Assembly: GCF_018977255.1 (NCBI RefSeq)
Contig: NW_024704743.1
Location: forward strand, 15,750,001-15,814,000
Length of the DNA stretch: 64,000 bases
From: Callorhinchus milii
Lineage: Eukaryota
Reading direction: 5' to 3'
Under the pieces are notes generated by a model that saw only the letters and a list, made by a program, of their open reading frames with translations, was not told the origin of the DNA and searched no databases. Shown here in pieces: positions 1 through 11,960 of this stretch (position 1 is its first letter; each line of letters starts with the position of its first letter). The position numbers and the translations under genes are program-made.

Positions 1-455
1 AGCAGGAATGGGTCCAGGGAGGGTTTTTTAAGGAGTGATGACAGTAAAGATTGGGGACGGTACCAGTGGACAGGGAGAGGTTTATGATGTCTGTGAGTAG
101 AGGGGCAGGGAGGTGGAGCTGGGAGTAAGGAGAGGGGTAGGGATGGGGTCGAGGGAGCAGGATGTCGGTTTCATTCGGGTTATAGTGGTGAAGAGAGAGA
201 CAGGTCCGATGGTGTGGAGGGAGGGATGGGTAGGGGCCGGGGTGAGAGGGGGAGATGGGGAGGGGGTAGTAGATGGAAAGGCAGTAGCAGCTGAGCGGAT
301 CCCCTCGACTTTGGTTTCAAGGAAGTTCAGCATTGCCTCGGAATTGGAATTGGAGGTGAGGATGGGCGAGATGTGAGAGGGTGGGCGGAGGAGCTAGTTG
401 GTGATAGAGAAGAGGAGCCAGGGATTGTCCTTCGCCTCCAATATTGTCTTGGAGA
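1..455 (-). mobile_element. L2-clade LINE ORF2 fragment (linker between endonuclease and RT)
   Basis: Minus translation NFLETKVEGIRS...MKPTSCSLDPIPTPLL is typical L2 ORF2; the same segment occurs in the L2 copy at 63700-64000. Confidence 0.85.
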
Positions 456-485
456 CCACTCACACAGGGAAATGGACTTCATATA

Positions 486-810
486 AATAATAATCCTTGC
501 ATTTGATACAGCAACTTTAACATCAAGAGGAGCTTTCAAAGAGCTTCAGTTTAAAGTGTTGTAACTGCATTTCGTAAGTGAACGTGGCAGCCAATTGATG
601 CACAGCAATGTCCCATAAACAGCTATGAAGTGAATGATCAATTTTATCTGGGGAATTGTTGGCCAGGATACCGTGAGAAACTTCCTTCTCTTTTCGAATA
701 ATCCCATTGGACTTTTAACATCCACCTGAAAAGGCAGACAGGACCTCAGTTTAACATCTCATCCAAAGACCAGCATTTCCAACAGTGCAGCCCTGGATTG
801 TCAGCCTAGA
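486..810 (-). mobile_element. Older Deu-type SINE, partial
   Basis: Reverse-complement tail (AAT)n-CCTTGCATTTGATA and core GGCAGCCAATT...CACAGCAATGTCCCATAAACAGC shared with the other SINE copies. Confidence 0.7.
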
Positions 811-1639
811 CAGGCTCAGTTTCACTATAGGCAGCTACTTTATCAGCTGAGACTTCAAGGGAACCGTTTCTTTTAACTTTATTAAAAATATTGCAACGTG
901 AAACAAATCTTCAAACTTTACAGTTGTCTTAATGATTCATTGTGAAGCAAAGCAAATGATATTTGCTGATACTGCAGTGAAGCCAAGTGTACACTTATCA
1001 ATATTACATTACGGTGCACTGGGAGAGGTTTACAATGCCAACTTTTTTTTCCCAGCAGCAAATAAATTTATGTTTCAAATAGTAAAAGCCAAGGCACCTT
1101 CTACAGGAATATATCAACGAAATTAGGATCCAGAGGAACAAAAAGTACCAGACATGATGGAAATCTCCGGGAACAATGTGAGTGTTTCCAGAAACAGTAT
1201 GAGTTGCACAGTGGAATAAGGGTAAAGAGGCAGTGTGATGTACGCTTCATTCTGTAGTGAAATGTTAATGGACGACCAGCAAAGAGGGGAGAATGTACCA
1301 GATAACAAAGGGATAAAAAGAAACCAGTTAAACAAACAGAGAAATGCTTTCAGATAAGTAAATGAATAATTCCTGTTTCAAAGCAGTTGGTAGTTAGCAT
1401 CAAGAGGTCACTTCTTAGAATCCACATCAATTGTGCATATTCCGCAACCTTTATATTTATTTAAATTCAGTGAAACAAGGAAGAAGTTAAGCTCCCAGCT
1501 CTATAAACATGTACAAAAATTAAACTTAAAACAAGAACTGAAGGAATTTTAACCACGGCACTTTTTCTAATGTGGAGGGTTATCATTCATGATGTGTAAA
1601 CTGCTGGAGTCTAATGTATTGGCCTTTTTTCCATTTTCC

Positions 1640-1762
1640 TCCTTGACTGCCTTCGGCTACTCTCCTACCCTTACCCTCCCTGCCCTCCATCCCTCTTGAT
1701 CCCAACTACCAGCTCAGGACGTCCTCCCGACGTGAAAGGTGCTGTACAAATGTCATTTGTTG
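1640..1762 (+). mobile_element. L2 3' end
   Basis: Pyrimidine-rich 3' UTR, then GGACGTCCTCCCGACGTGAAAGGTGCT stem-loop and TTTGTTG tail running into (GGT)n. Confidence 0.75.
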
Positions 1763-2623
1763 GTGGTGGTGGTGGTGGTAGTGGTGTTTTCTAATATGAT
1801 TCCTTCTCAAGGAATCCAGGTCAAAAATGGGGTAATCTGGTAATCAGAAAAAAATCATGCAGATCCACAGCATCTTTGCTCCTACACAGTCTACTTCCGG
1901 AGCCGAGTTTCAGCAGTTCAAAGTGACGTACAAAGTTATCTGAAGGAGTTGTCTTTGTGGGAAAAATAACTGTTTGGAAATCACTGTGTTCGAGGATCCC
2001 TATAGTATTTTCACAGATTATTTACACAGTGTATGCTGAGCACAAGTGACCTCTGAACTCTGTGCCAGTGCATAGAAGATCTCTGAACCCTGCGATAGAG
2101 CACAGATGACCTAGGTACAGGGTGGCTGTATGTAATGTGATTTAGGACACCTTCTTAATGCCCAAATGCATCACTTGACACCAGAATCTGCAGGTGAAGG
2201 AGCTATTTGTAATTATACTGTGAGAAATGTTGCGGTATTCTCTGAACTTTACCTTCTCTACCTCAACATGGCCAAAAAGCGCATCGAGTTTATTTCGATG
2301 GTTCCAAAATACAACCCCAAAATAAATTCCTTTTTTATTTATCGATTTTCATTAAATTTACAACAACTAGCATTTATAAAGTACCCTTCATGTAGGGGAG
2401 GGTCTCAGAGTGCTCACATTATTTGCTTTAAAATGTTCCTTCTCATTTTTTGGTACATAAAATTAAACCCTCCAAAAACAGCCTGGATTTCAAGCCGCAG
2501 ATTAAATTTAATGATTCTACATTGTTTCTGATCAGGGTGGTGACAGATTCACTGAGAGAACTCCTGTTCTGCCAGTTGTAACCAGCCAATTTGCAGCGCG
2601 ATATGCAGTACTCTTGTATCACT

Positions 2624-2661
2624 GCATGTGATGAAATAACGTGGACCATTTCATCACATGC
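2624..2661. repeat. Perfect 14-bp inverted repeat with 10-nt loop
   Basis: GCATGTGATGAAAT (2624-2637) / ATTTCATCACATGC (2648-2661). Confidence 0.85.
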
Positions 2662-2775
2662 TACTGCAAAATTGCACAATGAGACACTAAACCTCTAAAT
2701 TTAGACAAGCTGCCTTTCCTCCAGCCTCCCACCACAACCCCCAACCACACAACACCCCATCTCCTGCACCTGCGG

Positions 2776-3225
2776 AACTATAGACATTTACAACACAGAA
2801 GAAGACCATTCGGCTCATTGTGTCTGTGTCAGCTCCTTCAAGAGAAATCCTTTCAGCCCTATTTATCTGCCATATACCCCTGTAGTTGACTCATTTTAAG
2901 GTAGCTATCTCGTTTCTTTTTGAAAACTATGATGGATTCCGTCTCAACTACTGTTCCCGGCAGAGCATTCCAAATCCTAACTACACTGTGCATGAACACA
3001 ATTTCCTTAGCTATCTTAAATTGATGACCTTTTGTCGCTCAATCACTGAGTAGTGGATATAATTTCTCCCTATTGACACTATCAAAACCCCTCATAATTT
3101 CACAGATCTCTATCAGGTCACCCCTCAACCTCTTTTGATCCAGTGGAAAAATACCCAATTCATCCAGTCTCTGCTAATAGGTCAAACTAATCATCCCCAG
3201 TGTCATCCTAATAAATCTCTCATAA
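2776..3225 (-). mobile_element. CR1-clade LINE 3' end
   Basis: Starts with reverse-complement CR1 tail (TACAACACAGAAGAAGACCATTCGGCTC) followed by ORF2 C-terminal sequence (AGGTCACCCCTCAACCTC). Confidence 0.7.
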
Positions 3226-3502
3226 AGATTTTATAAATACGGTATAGAAATACAAAAGTAAAGAGCTAATGATAAAACTGCATAAGTTGTTGCTTGAGCC
3301 ACAGTTTAGAGTTGTGAGTCAGATGTTTTCTGATGGCTCTTGTCTGTAGCAGAAATATTGCACTGGATAAGACTTGCTTCCAAAAATAGGCACAAATGAG
3401 AGATGTCCTCTGCATACTCAGGATAGCACTGGGATTTTTGGACAAGAATTTAAACAAGAGCAATTCCATTTGACATAGAGTGCAAGTACGTCATTGCACA
3501 CA

Positions 3503-3715
3503 ATAATAATAAATAATCCTTGCAATTTGATATAGCATCTTATCATGTCATTGAGACATCTCAAAGTGCTTCACAGTTAAGTGACTGTGTATTTTGTAGG
3601 TGGACACAGTAGCCAATTTGCACACAGCAATGTCCCACAAACAGCCATGAAATGAATGACCAATTTTATTTGGGGGGTTGTTGGCCAGGACACTGGGAGA
3701 AACTCCCTTCCCTGG
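3503..3715 (-). mobile_element. Deu-type SINE, 3' half
   Basis: Tail and core motifs as in the full copies. Confidence 0.7.
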
Positions 3716-4078
3716 GATAAGGAAGACAAGGTTAAAAACAGACAATGTCAGCCTATCAAGCCTAAGGGTAAAATAATTTCAAAAAACAGGAACAAAAATA
3801 AAGATAAATAGAAGACACAATAAAAAAAACTTGATCTTAATATTGAAAGCAAATTCAGCATGAAAAAATCACATGTACAAAATACACACATCTGGCATGG
3901 TGCCTGGGCAACCAGGTGTAGTAATCCAGTTGTTGGCACCTCTTTAACTAGGTTCAGAATTGCCAAAAACAGTCAAGTGCATGAACTTCCTTTATTGGAT
4001 AAATTGACAACATTACATTTAACAACTTCTCTTGACCCCTGGGTCTGTGAGTGAATTTTTTTAGCAGGAGCTTCTCTT

Positions 4079-4273
4079 CGTTGTGGGGTCTAATTTGTGG
4101 GTTGGGTTAACCATGTGCAAATGTACATGTAAAGAGAGAATTACAGGTGGTCTTCATTATGCAATGAAGTTCTTCTGTAATTCATTACATTGGCTGTTAT
4201 TTACAGAATTAACAGCACCTGCACATGGGTTTGCACACGGTTAACACAACCTGCAAATTCCACTCCACTAACG
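4079..4273. repeat. Imperfect long inverted repeat enclosing two hairpins (MITE/foldback-like)
   Basis: ~50-bp arms 4079-4130 and 4223-4273; inner hairpins 4138-4183 and 4193-4216. Confidence 0.75.
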
Positions 4274-4704
4274 TTGATGGCAACCATCTATTATGCTAGC
4301 CAGAACAATTCCCATCTAGTGTTTCAGTGGAGAAGAGATGTAATCAGCTACGGTTGCAAATCATAACCACGGCTCATAAGAAATGATTGATTGCTTTTTA
4401 TTCCTTGTTCAAAGGGATTTGGCAACCCGGCTGACTTGACATGTACATAAGGACGTTGTTTCCTTTTCGATTTATGTTCGTTTCAGATTTGTGTCTTGCA
4501 ACCCTTAATTGGATGTGTGTCAGTCCATTGCTCCAAGAACGAGAGGAAAACTTAAAGTGCTGGCTGGTAAATGAGAGACTCCTGAGTTCTTTAATTCCAT
4601 CAATTCAGGCCTGTAATATCATTTTCTCTTAAACATTAAAATAGCGTAGAATTGTGGTAAATTATTTTATTTCATATCACTTTATATATCGCTCATTCCT
4701 CTGC

Positions 4705-4875
4705 TGATGCTTGAGAGGAACATGTTAAGAGGAAACTCGATGCACACATGGAGGAGAAGGGAATAGAGGAAGAGAGGAGAATAGGATTGGTGGAAGATTG
4801 TTTTGAATATAAAATGTTGGGTCTATTAGGTCAAATGACCTGTTTCTGTGCCATGTCATTCCAAATTCTATGTGA
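4705..4875 (+). mobile_element. CR1 3' end, old
   Basis: AAACTCGATGCACACATGGAGGAGAAGGGAATAGAG...AATGACCTGTTTCTGTGC...ATTCTATG. Confidence 0.6.
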
Positions 4876-5329
4876 TGGAAAGATCCACATTAATCCTGTT
4901 GTGCGTCAATGCCGATCCATAGGAATGACACTCTGATGTTCACAGAAGGAGATTGTTTCGGAATGCTGTTCCTTGATATGGGTTTGAAGACCATGAGCAT
5001 GTTTTTGCCACATTATTAGTATTAATATTATTATATCATGTGGATGGGATTATGAAAGAGCGGAGACCACAGGAATGGAAGCATTTGAAGCAGCAGTGAA
5101 ACCACAAACCAAGTGGGGCCTACTATTGTATAACAACATCAAGTGGAGTAAACTATATTATTAAAGGACTCATCGGGAGGTATATTCTAGCAGAGTTGTG
5201 TGATCCCTATCTCTCGCCAAGTAAATAAATGTACATGAGATTATGAATGGATGGGAATGTAAAAAGAGAATAACAACAGTCTCTTGGTTTACTTTTCCAT
5301 CCATTTCTAATACTTTGCTGTCAAAGAGC

Positions 5330-5525
5330 ATACACCAGGAAGTATTTATACACCAAGAAGGTAATTAACGACAGGAATAGTTTGCCAGGGAGGGTGGTTG
5401 GGGCAAGGAAATTGGACTTAATTAAAAAAAAGTTTGATGCAATAACAGTAGAATGAATATTCAGGAAAGATGTGATCAAATGGGCCCGAGAGACCTTCTT
5501 CATCCAAACCAATCTTGTGATTTTG
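5330..5525 (+). mobile_element. CR1 3' end, old
   Basis: AGGAAGTATTTATACACCAAGAAGGTAATTAAC (RKxFFTQRVxN-like) and a tail shared with 26550 and 48055. Confidence 0.6.
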
Positions 5526-6934
5526 TGACCTTTGTCTCCATGCCATGGCTCCATTCATGGGCCCAGCAAGAAGTGATCAACAGAGTTGGCCGAGAGAAGT
5601 GAGTTGGCATGAAAAATCGCCTGACTGGACATTGTGACTTTCTGGACAAGAGACAAACATTGCTAAACGGGCTGCCTAGAAACCTCCATTTTATTGTTAC
5701 AATAATTTTCAGCAGTAATTATTGCTTTATTTGTGATGATGATGCAAAGAGAATGTTTGTTTTAAAGAAAGGACATTGCTGAAATAGTCCACTACAAGAT
5801 AGGTCACATAGTTGGCAGTAGCAATGGCACCAATGAAACTCAACAAGCGAATTTCATCACACTGACCCTGCACTAACAGTAACTTAGTGTGGATAACTTC
5901 ATGAAAATGGAAGTTGAGAAAGAGTTATTTTAAGGTTGTCAAAACGTTATTCTCTGCTCAGCTCATAGTGCAAGTCCATCTCTACTTAGAATGAAACAAA
6001 CTGTGTAAGTATACTTTAAATCCTGGGGCGGGGAGGTGTGGGGGATGAGTGTGGGGGTAAGATCTAGTGATGTTTTTAAAAAAGGTCTTTATTGCTTGAA
6101 GTGCTTGACTGTATAGTCAATTGCGAAAACAACGTTTCGAAAAGCAAGTTTTTCATTTGTTTACTAAAGAAAATGAGAGTGACATAAAATGGACTCAAGG
6201 ACCCCTGTGTTATCTGATAAACGTTCTAAAACATGTCTGCTTGACTGTAGCCATTCCGGTTGCACAAGTTTCACCAGTGGAGTAAATAATAACATTGAGG
6301 CAATCAAACTCCTCCAGCTTGTTGCAGGCAGTGAGTGTGACATTTCCATAGAACCAGGACTGATAAAGGTCTTATTGTTCAAAAGAACTGCTTTAGGATT
6401 AAGAGATCTCTGGCACACTGGCTTCTCCTTAAGACATGTGTTTCTGCACTCCATCAGTAAATTAGATCAACATTTGAATATTTCATAAATACTTTTCTCC
6501 TGGAGGATAGAGATTACTCCAAAGAAACAACAACAACAAAATTACATTTGTATAGCGCCTTTCACATCAGGAGGACGTCCCAAGGCACTGGAAAAACATT
6601 TACCACCCACCCTTCCTCATCACTTGACAGAAATAACTTGGATTTTTATCACATGTTATCGTGTAGCAATGTCTCAAACTTCACAGGTAATTACCAGCAG
6701 GTGTAGTGACTCTTTGTTTAGTGTGTAGCTATTCTGCACACAGTAAAAGTGCCATAAACAGCCATGGAATTAATGAGTAATTCACCTGAATGATTCTCCT
6801 CTCTCCCAAGTCCCTTGCTGGCATCCAACCTCACCTTTGTACAGCATCCCGAGACGTTATCCTACATGAAAGGTGCTATATTGTTATATTGCAAGTTGTT
6901 ATTGAAAGGGGTAAGGAGATTCAGACAGGTCAAC

Positions 6935-7420
6935 AACACCACCAAAAAAAAACTTGCATTTATATATAGGGTAGCGTCTCAGAGCGCTTGACAATGGTTG
7001 AGCCGGGGGTAGGTGACCGTAGGCATGGTCAAAGAGGAAGGTCTTCATGCACCATCTGAAGATAGGGAAGGAAGGGGCAAGGTGGAGGGACTGAGGGAGG
7101 GAGTTCCAGAGTTTTGGGACATAGTGGCTGAAAGTGCGGCCACTGATAGTGGAACGATGGGCATGAGGGACAAGCAAGAGGCCAGAGTCAGTCGCGAGGT
7201 TGCAACGGATAATGGGTTGGGGAGAAAGCAGGTCGGAGAAGCAGGGAAGTGCCAAGGCCTGTAAGGATTTGAAGACTAGTGTGAGTATCTTGAAATCGAT
7301 CAGTTTGGTAATAGTGGATCAGCGGAACTTGGCTAGAACTGGTGTGATGAGGGTATAGGGTTTAGTGTGGGTATGTATGCGGGCGGCAGAGTTCTGGATT
7401 TGTTCATGGGGGTAATGAGC
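6935..7420 (-). mobile_element. L2 3' fragment
   Basis: ORF 6899..7255 contains GRTFSHYVPKLWNSLP (L2 ORF2 C-terminus); L2 tail at ~6935-6990. Confidence 0.8.
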
Positions 7421-8260
7421 CAGACCACTCGAGGAAGGGAAGGATCAAGTAAGTGACTAAGTGGAGCAGATCCTCTGATACTGCACTCAGACCTGAGCCC
7501 GTGACTCCCTTCTCGGTGGGGGAGTGAGGGGAGGGAGAACACCAAGTGTCTTTTGCCTGCAAACAGAACACAGGCTTAACATTGCTGCAATTATTACAAT
7601 CAGCTGGAGACAGGGGAGTTTTACAAAGATAAGGTCTGTCTCCGGTGGGATGGGAGTCCTGGCAAAACTATTTTTTTTCACGTATGTCAACAACATTTCA
7701 GAAGATTAAAATCCAGCTGATCATTGGATACCTTTTCTCTGCGCGCATTCCCACTTCACACACACCATGACCCACAAAGCAGAGCAACCAGGCCCAAAAT
7801 AGCTCCTTATCCTTAAATTTAAATTTGAAGATTGAGGTGAATTGTGGAAAGTGGACTTTACATTCAGTCTTAACTTGGAAGTCAATTTTCTGCTGCTCTT
7901 AAAAAGACCCTGCAGAAATTCAGCTTCCTAATTGTAACTGAGTTTAAGATATTTCTAAAATTTTGCACAATATTACATTTTAAGACAGTGATCTTAAGGC
8001 TAAGACAGTGAGACATGTCAGCCCAGCATGATAGCTATTCTGACAGCTATTTCCCAGCAGGGGTCACTATCCAATGAACAGAACCAAGATGCTTGGTTGA
8101 TTTTTCCCCATTGAAGAAAGCATGATGTGGTAAACAGCATCTGTTGAGTGCTGCCTGGATGAGATGCCCATTAAAGCAGCAGAAACCTATTTTGGTGTGT
8201 GTGTGTGTGTGTGGAAGGGGGGTGGGGAGTTGCTAGAGGTTGGAGAAAGGGATTTTGGTG

Positions 8261-8444
8261 GGATTATTACCCCCAGAAAGTGATCAACCAATCAACTAAC
8301 AAGGGGGTTCCTACTTATTGATGGGTAAACAGTGGCGTGTGGAGTAAGGAAACATGCCTAAGGTTTCGCCCTGCCCAGGAATCAGGCTCAGGTCCTCTCA
8401 CTTGCTAGGTTAGAGCTCTAACCACTACACTACAGGAATCCACA
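8261..8444 (-). mobile_element. Young-family tRNA-SINE, 5' half
   Basis: Reverse complement of the tRNA head and TTTCCTTACTCCACACGCC body. Confidence 0.8.
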
Positions 8445-8596
8445 GATATATGTACTGTATCTGAAGAGAAATGTAAATAAATGTGCAATTGATATGTTGA
8501 TGAATTGTGCAACATGAAATCTGTCACCAGATCACTGCTCTTGGCAGATTAACGATAGGTTTGCCAAATATTTTTCACTAAAGACAATAGAAGTTA

Positions 8597-8955
8597 CCTT
8601 GGCTCAGTTGCTCGCACTCTCACCTGTTGCTTCAACTGCCCAAATTAGGTCTTTGAGCTCACAGTCTAGATTGACATTGTTGGAGATGCCGCGCCTACGA
8701 TGAGGTTTTAAAATGAAGCCCTTCTGCCTATTCTTCAGTAGATGTTAAAGATCCAAAGATATTATTTGAAAAGAGAAGGGAGTTTTTCCAGGTGTAGCCA
8801 ACAATCGTCCATATAAATTAATGATTCACTTCATGGCTGTTTGTGGGACATTGCTGCGTGAAAATTTCCTGCTGTGTTAGCCTGCAAATATACAGTCACT
8901 TCATTAGACATCAATTCCCTGAGATGCTTCAACTAACATTATAGGCACTATATCA
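8597..8955 (+). mobile_element. Older Deu-type SINE
   Basis: Head CCTTGGCTCAGTTG..GCACTCTC; core TGGCTGTTTGTGGGACATTGCTG; L2-like tail. Confidence 0.65.
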
Positions 8956-9134
8956 AACGTTTGGATTATGATAAGGGTTCTCTAAACATTTCAGGCTTCT
9001 TTTTAATACATTGCATGAGATAATTATCACACCAAATCTCTGATGCTATTCTTGAAGAAGATAAAAAGGTCTGAAGGCACTCCTTCAGCCCTTTCTATGT
9101 GATCTTGAGATCTTGTTAGAAAATGTTCTTACAA

Positions 9135-9745
9135 TAAATAATAATAATCCTTCCATTTGATATTGTGCCTTATTTTGTTGGAAGAATATCTCGACATGCT
9201 TCACAGAAGTACTGTGAAATGGAGTGATTGTGTATTTGTAGGCGAAGAAGCACAATTGGGCACAGTAATGTCCTACAAACAGCCATGAGATAAATCACCA
9301 ATTTTATTAGGGGGACACCAATTTTATTGGCCAGGAAACCAGGAGAAACTCCCTCCCTTTGTGGAGTTCTGTAGCTCAGTGGTTAGAGCACTCACTTTGC
9401 AAGCGAGAGATCTGAGTTCAATTCCAGGCAGGGCGAAACCTTGGGCAAGTTTCCTTACTCCACACGCCTAATAATAATCCCTCCAGAAACCAAAAACAAT
9501 AATAAATTGGTCATTTTCAATCCACGACTGTTTATGGGACATTACTGTGCGCAATTGGCTGCCGCATTCGCCCACAAATATACAGTCAATTCACTTTACA
9601 GTGTGTTCTGTGAAGCGCTTTGGGACGTCCTCCCGACGTGAAAAGCGCTATATCAAATGCAAGGATTATTATTATTATTATTCCCTTTTCCAATAGTGCC
9701 CTGGGATTGTTAAGATGGTCCATTCAAAACAGACAGATGGTCCTC
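9135..9745 (-). mobile_element. Older SINE interrupted by a young SINE
   Basis: Older body breaks at TCCCTTT (9354-9360) and resumes at TCCCTTT (9682-9688). Confidence 0.65.
9361..9681 (+). mobile_element. Young full-length tRNA(Ala-like)/Deu/L2-tail SINE, short subfamily
   Basis: A box TAGCTCAGTGG, B box GAGTTCAATTCC, TTTGCAA anticodon-like loop, core, stem-loop tail, (TTA)n, 7-bp TSD TCCCTTT. Confidence 0.92.
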
Positions 9746-10149
9746 CACACCCTCCCCAACCTCATCCATGAGGGATGTGTGAATGTTCTGGAGAATTGAT
9801 GTGGTTGTTCTGGGTGACTAGGGAATGTATGGCTGGTGAGGGATTGAGAAAGTGGAGTTCCTGATGGTCTGTGTTAGCATCGGACATGACAAATGGAAAT
9901 GTTCCTTTCTTCTTCGATGTCTTCTCTCGATTGAGCAAACTATGTGCAGAAAAGGCTCATAATTCAAATAAGGCTGTTCAGTGCAAATGCAAGAATTCCT
10001 TCAGAATCAATGTTATCAGTAACCACCACAGAAGACCAAAACTGTAGCCATATGCTAACATCAGCACTAATTCAATCTATAAATTCACTAGATCTACGGG
10101 GAAAGTTACTGTGGCCTGCGTATATGAATCTCATGTGGATGTCTCCACT

Positions 10150-10545
10150 GCTTAAGTTCTAATCTGCAGCTGAATATGGACAAGGAAGCCATACTCCTTG
10201 GCTCCAGTCAGCGTCTTCACTCCTGTGGATTTAAACTCCTCAACCTCCCTGGGCTCTCCCTCAGACTCATCGAACCAGTGCACAACCAAGGTGTCCAGTT
10301 CAACCCTCGGCTGTCCTTCCTCCCACACATGTGGTCCCTGACCAGGATCGCCTTCTTCCACCTCTGCCACATTGCCCACCTCCGACCGTACCTTACCCCA
10401 AATGCAGCCAAAACCCTCGTGCATACATTTATCACCTCCCGCTTGGATTACTCTAATGCACTCCTCGTCAGTCTCCCCAGCTCCACCATTCAAAAGATCC
10501 AGCTAATTCAAAACTCTGCCGCCCGCTTACTGACCTGGACCCCTT
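10150..10545 (+). mobile_element. L2 ORF2 fragment (post-RT)
   Basis: ORF 10176..10553: [20 protein letters not shown]...IQLIQNSAARLL. Confidence 0.88.
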
Positions 10546-10569
10546 TGCAATAAACGCTAATATGCTAAC

Positions 10570-11357
10570 AGTCTTCCTAATTGCTTGCTGTTCCTGCATA
10601 CTAACTTTCTGTGATTGGTGTACAAGGACACCTAAATCCCTCTGAACACAACACTATCTAGTCTCTTCCCCTCTAGAAAATAATCTGCTTTTCTATTTTT
10701 TCTACCTAGATGAATAACTTCACACTTCCCCACATTATATTCCATCTGCCACCTTCTTGCCCACTCACTTAACCTTCTATATCCCCTTGCATCCTTCTTG
10801 TGTCCCCTTCACAGCTTACTTTCCAACCTAGTTTTGTATCATCCGCAAATTTACATACATTAAGCTCTATTTCCTCATCTAAGTCATTGATATAGACTGT
10901 AAACAGTTGAGGCCCAAGCACTGATCCTTGCAACACTCGACTAGTTACAACCTGTCAATCTGAGAAGGACGTGTTTATCCCTAATCTCTGTTTTCTGCCT
11001 GTTAACCACTCTTCAATCCATACTAATATATTACCCTTAATTCCATGAGCCCTAATCTTATGTAACAACCTTTTGTGTGGCACTTTGTCGAATGCCTTCT
11101 GAAAATCTAAGTACACTATATCCACTGGTTCCCTCCTATCTAACCTGATGGTTACATCTTAAAAAAACTCTAAAAGATTTGTTAAATACGATTTCTTTTT
11201 CATAAAACCGTGTTGGCTCTGCCTAATCATATTATGCCTTTCTAAGTGCCCCATGATGACGTCCCTAATTATAGACTCTAGAATTTTCCTTACCACCAAT
11301 ATCAGGCTAATTGGTCTTTAGTTCCCCATTTTTTCCCTCCCACCCTTCTTAAATAAC
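10570..11357 (-). mobile_element. CR1 ORF2 RT fragment with internal deletion
   Basis: Minus translation includes YLDFQKAFDKVPH and VCKFADDTKLG (FADD at 10838-10849). Confidence 0.9.
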
Positions 11358-11416
11358 GTGAGGTGTTACGTTTACATGAGTTTACGTTTCTTAAATAGCG
11401 GTGTTACGTTTTGGGG

Positions 11417-11575
11417 TTATGCCCCCAAACTCTGGAAATCTCTCCCTCAATCCCTCCACCTTGCTGACAGCCACCTCCCCACTCCTCCCAGCTCGGAGTC
11501 AGGCTCCGCCGCTTTTATGTGCTCTGAGACACTACCCTGTGTGGAGGGCGCTATATAAGTGCAAGTTGTTGTTGT
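11417..11575 (+). mobile_element. L2 3' end (likely continuation of 10150-10545)
   Basis: YAPKLWKSLP, tail GAGACACTACCCTGTGTGGAGGGCGCTATATAAGTGCAAG(TTG)n. Confidence 0.8.
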
Positions 11576-11719
11576 AATCCATTGCGATTTCAAATTTCTT
11601 TGCAAATGAAAGGCTCCGTAAAGGCTTTGCAAATACAAATAAATATAATACAATATGTTCAAAGAGAAGAAAAAGAAAGAGATAAAAAGATATCTAGTGA
11701 GAGATTTAGATTGTGTTTG

Positions 11720-11960
11720 GTCTGAAGTGCATGGAAATCCATCACCATGTTTAAAAGTATCCTAAAGTATCCAAATTAGAGACACAGAAATTTCCCTTGG
11801 ATGGAGTGGATGGAATGTGCACTCGAACCTTAAAGAAACACACTTATTTTCCTAATTCTGGAGAGCATTAAGTGCAGGTTCACAAGAGCCAAGGCTTGGG
11901 GACAGCAGAGTGTGTGCTAGGGTACTGCTGGAGTTTAACCAACTAAAGCTGTAAAGTTTT
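11720..11960 (+). repeat. Unclassified old interspersed repeat, copy A (strand arbitrary)
   Basis: GGAAATCCATCACCATGTTTAA...AAGTGCAGGTTCACAAGAGCCAAGG...CTGCTGGAGTTTAACCAACTAAA; aligns with copies at 50070, 51775, 12565 and 56410. Confidence 0.6.

Noticed and set aside
1..250. Window start resembles window end (63720-64000), suggesting LTRs or circularity
   Set aside because: Both are the same internal L2 ORF2 segment from independent, diverged copies.
1950..1988. RSS-like motif on minus: CACAGTG-23 bp-ACAAAGACA, with a second CACAGTG at ~2026
   Set aside because: The nonamer is mismatched in the conserved A-tract, the second heptamer has no nonamer, and no V (YYC) or J (F/WGxG) coding segment is adjacent. 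A cryptic RSS by chance is likely.
6164..6488. Overlapping 96-99 aa ORFs in non-repeat DNA
   Set aside because: No recognisable domain or splice structure; lengths are compatible with chance.
9361..9440. tRNA-Ala(TGC)-like cloverleaf (also at 14374, 25350, 61936 and others)
   Set aside because: Each continues into SINE body and tail, some with TSDs. These are SINE heads, not tRNA genes.
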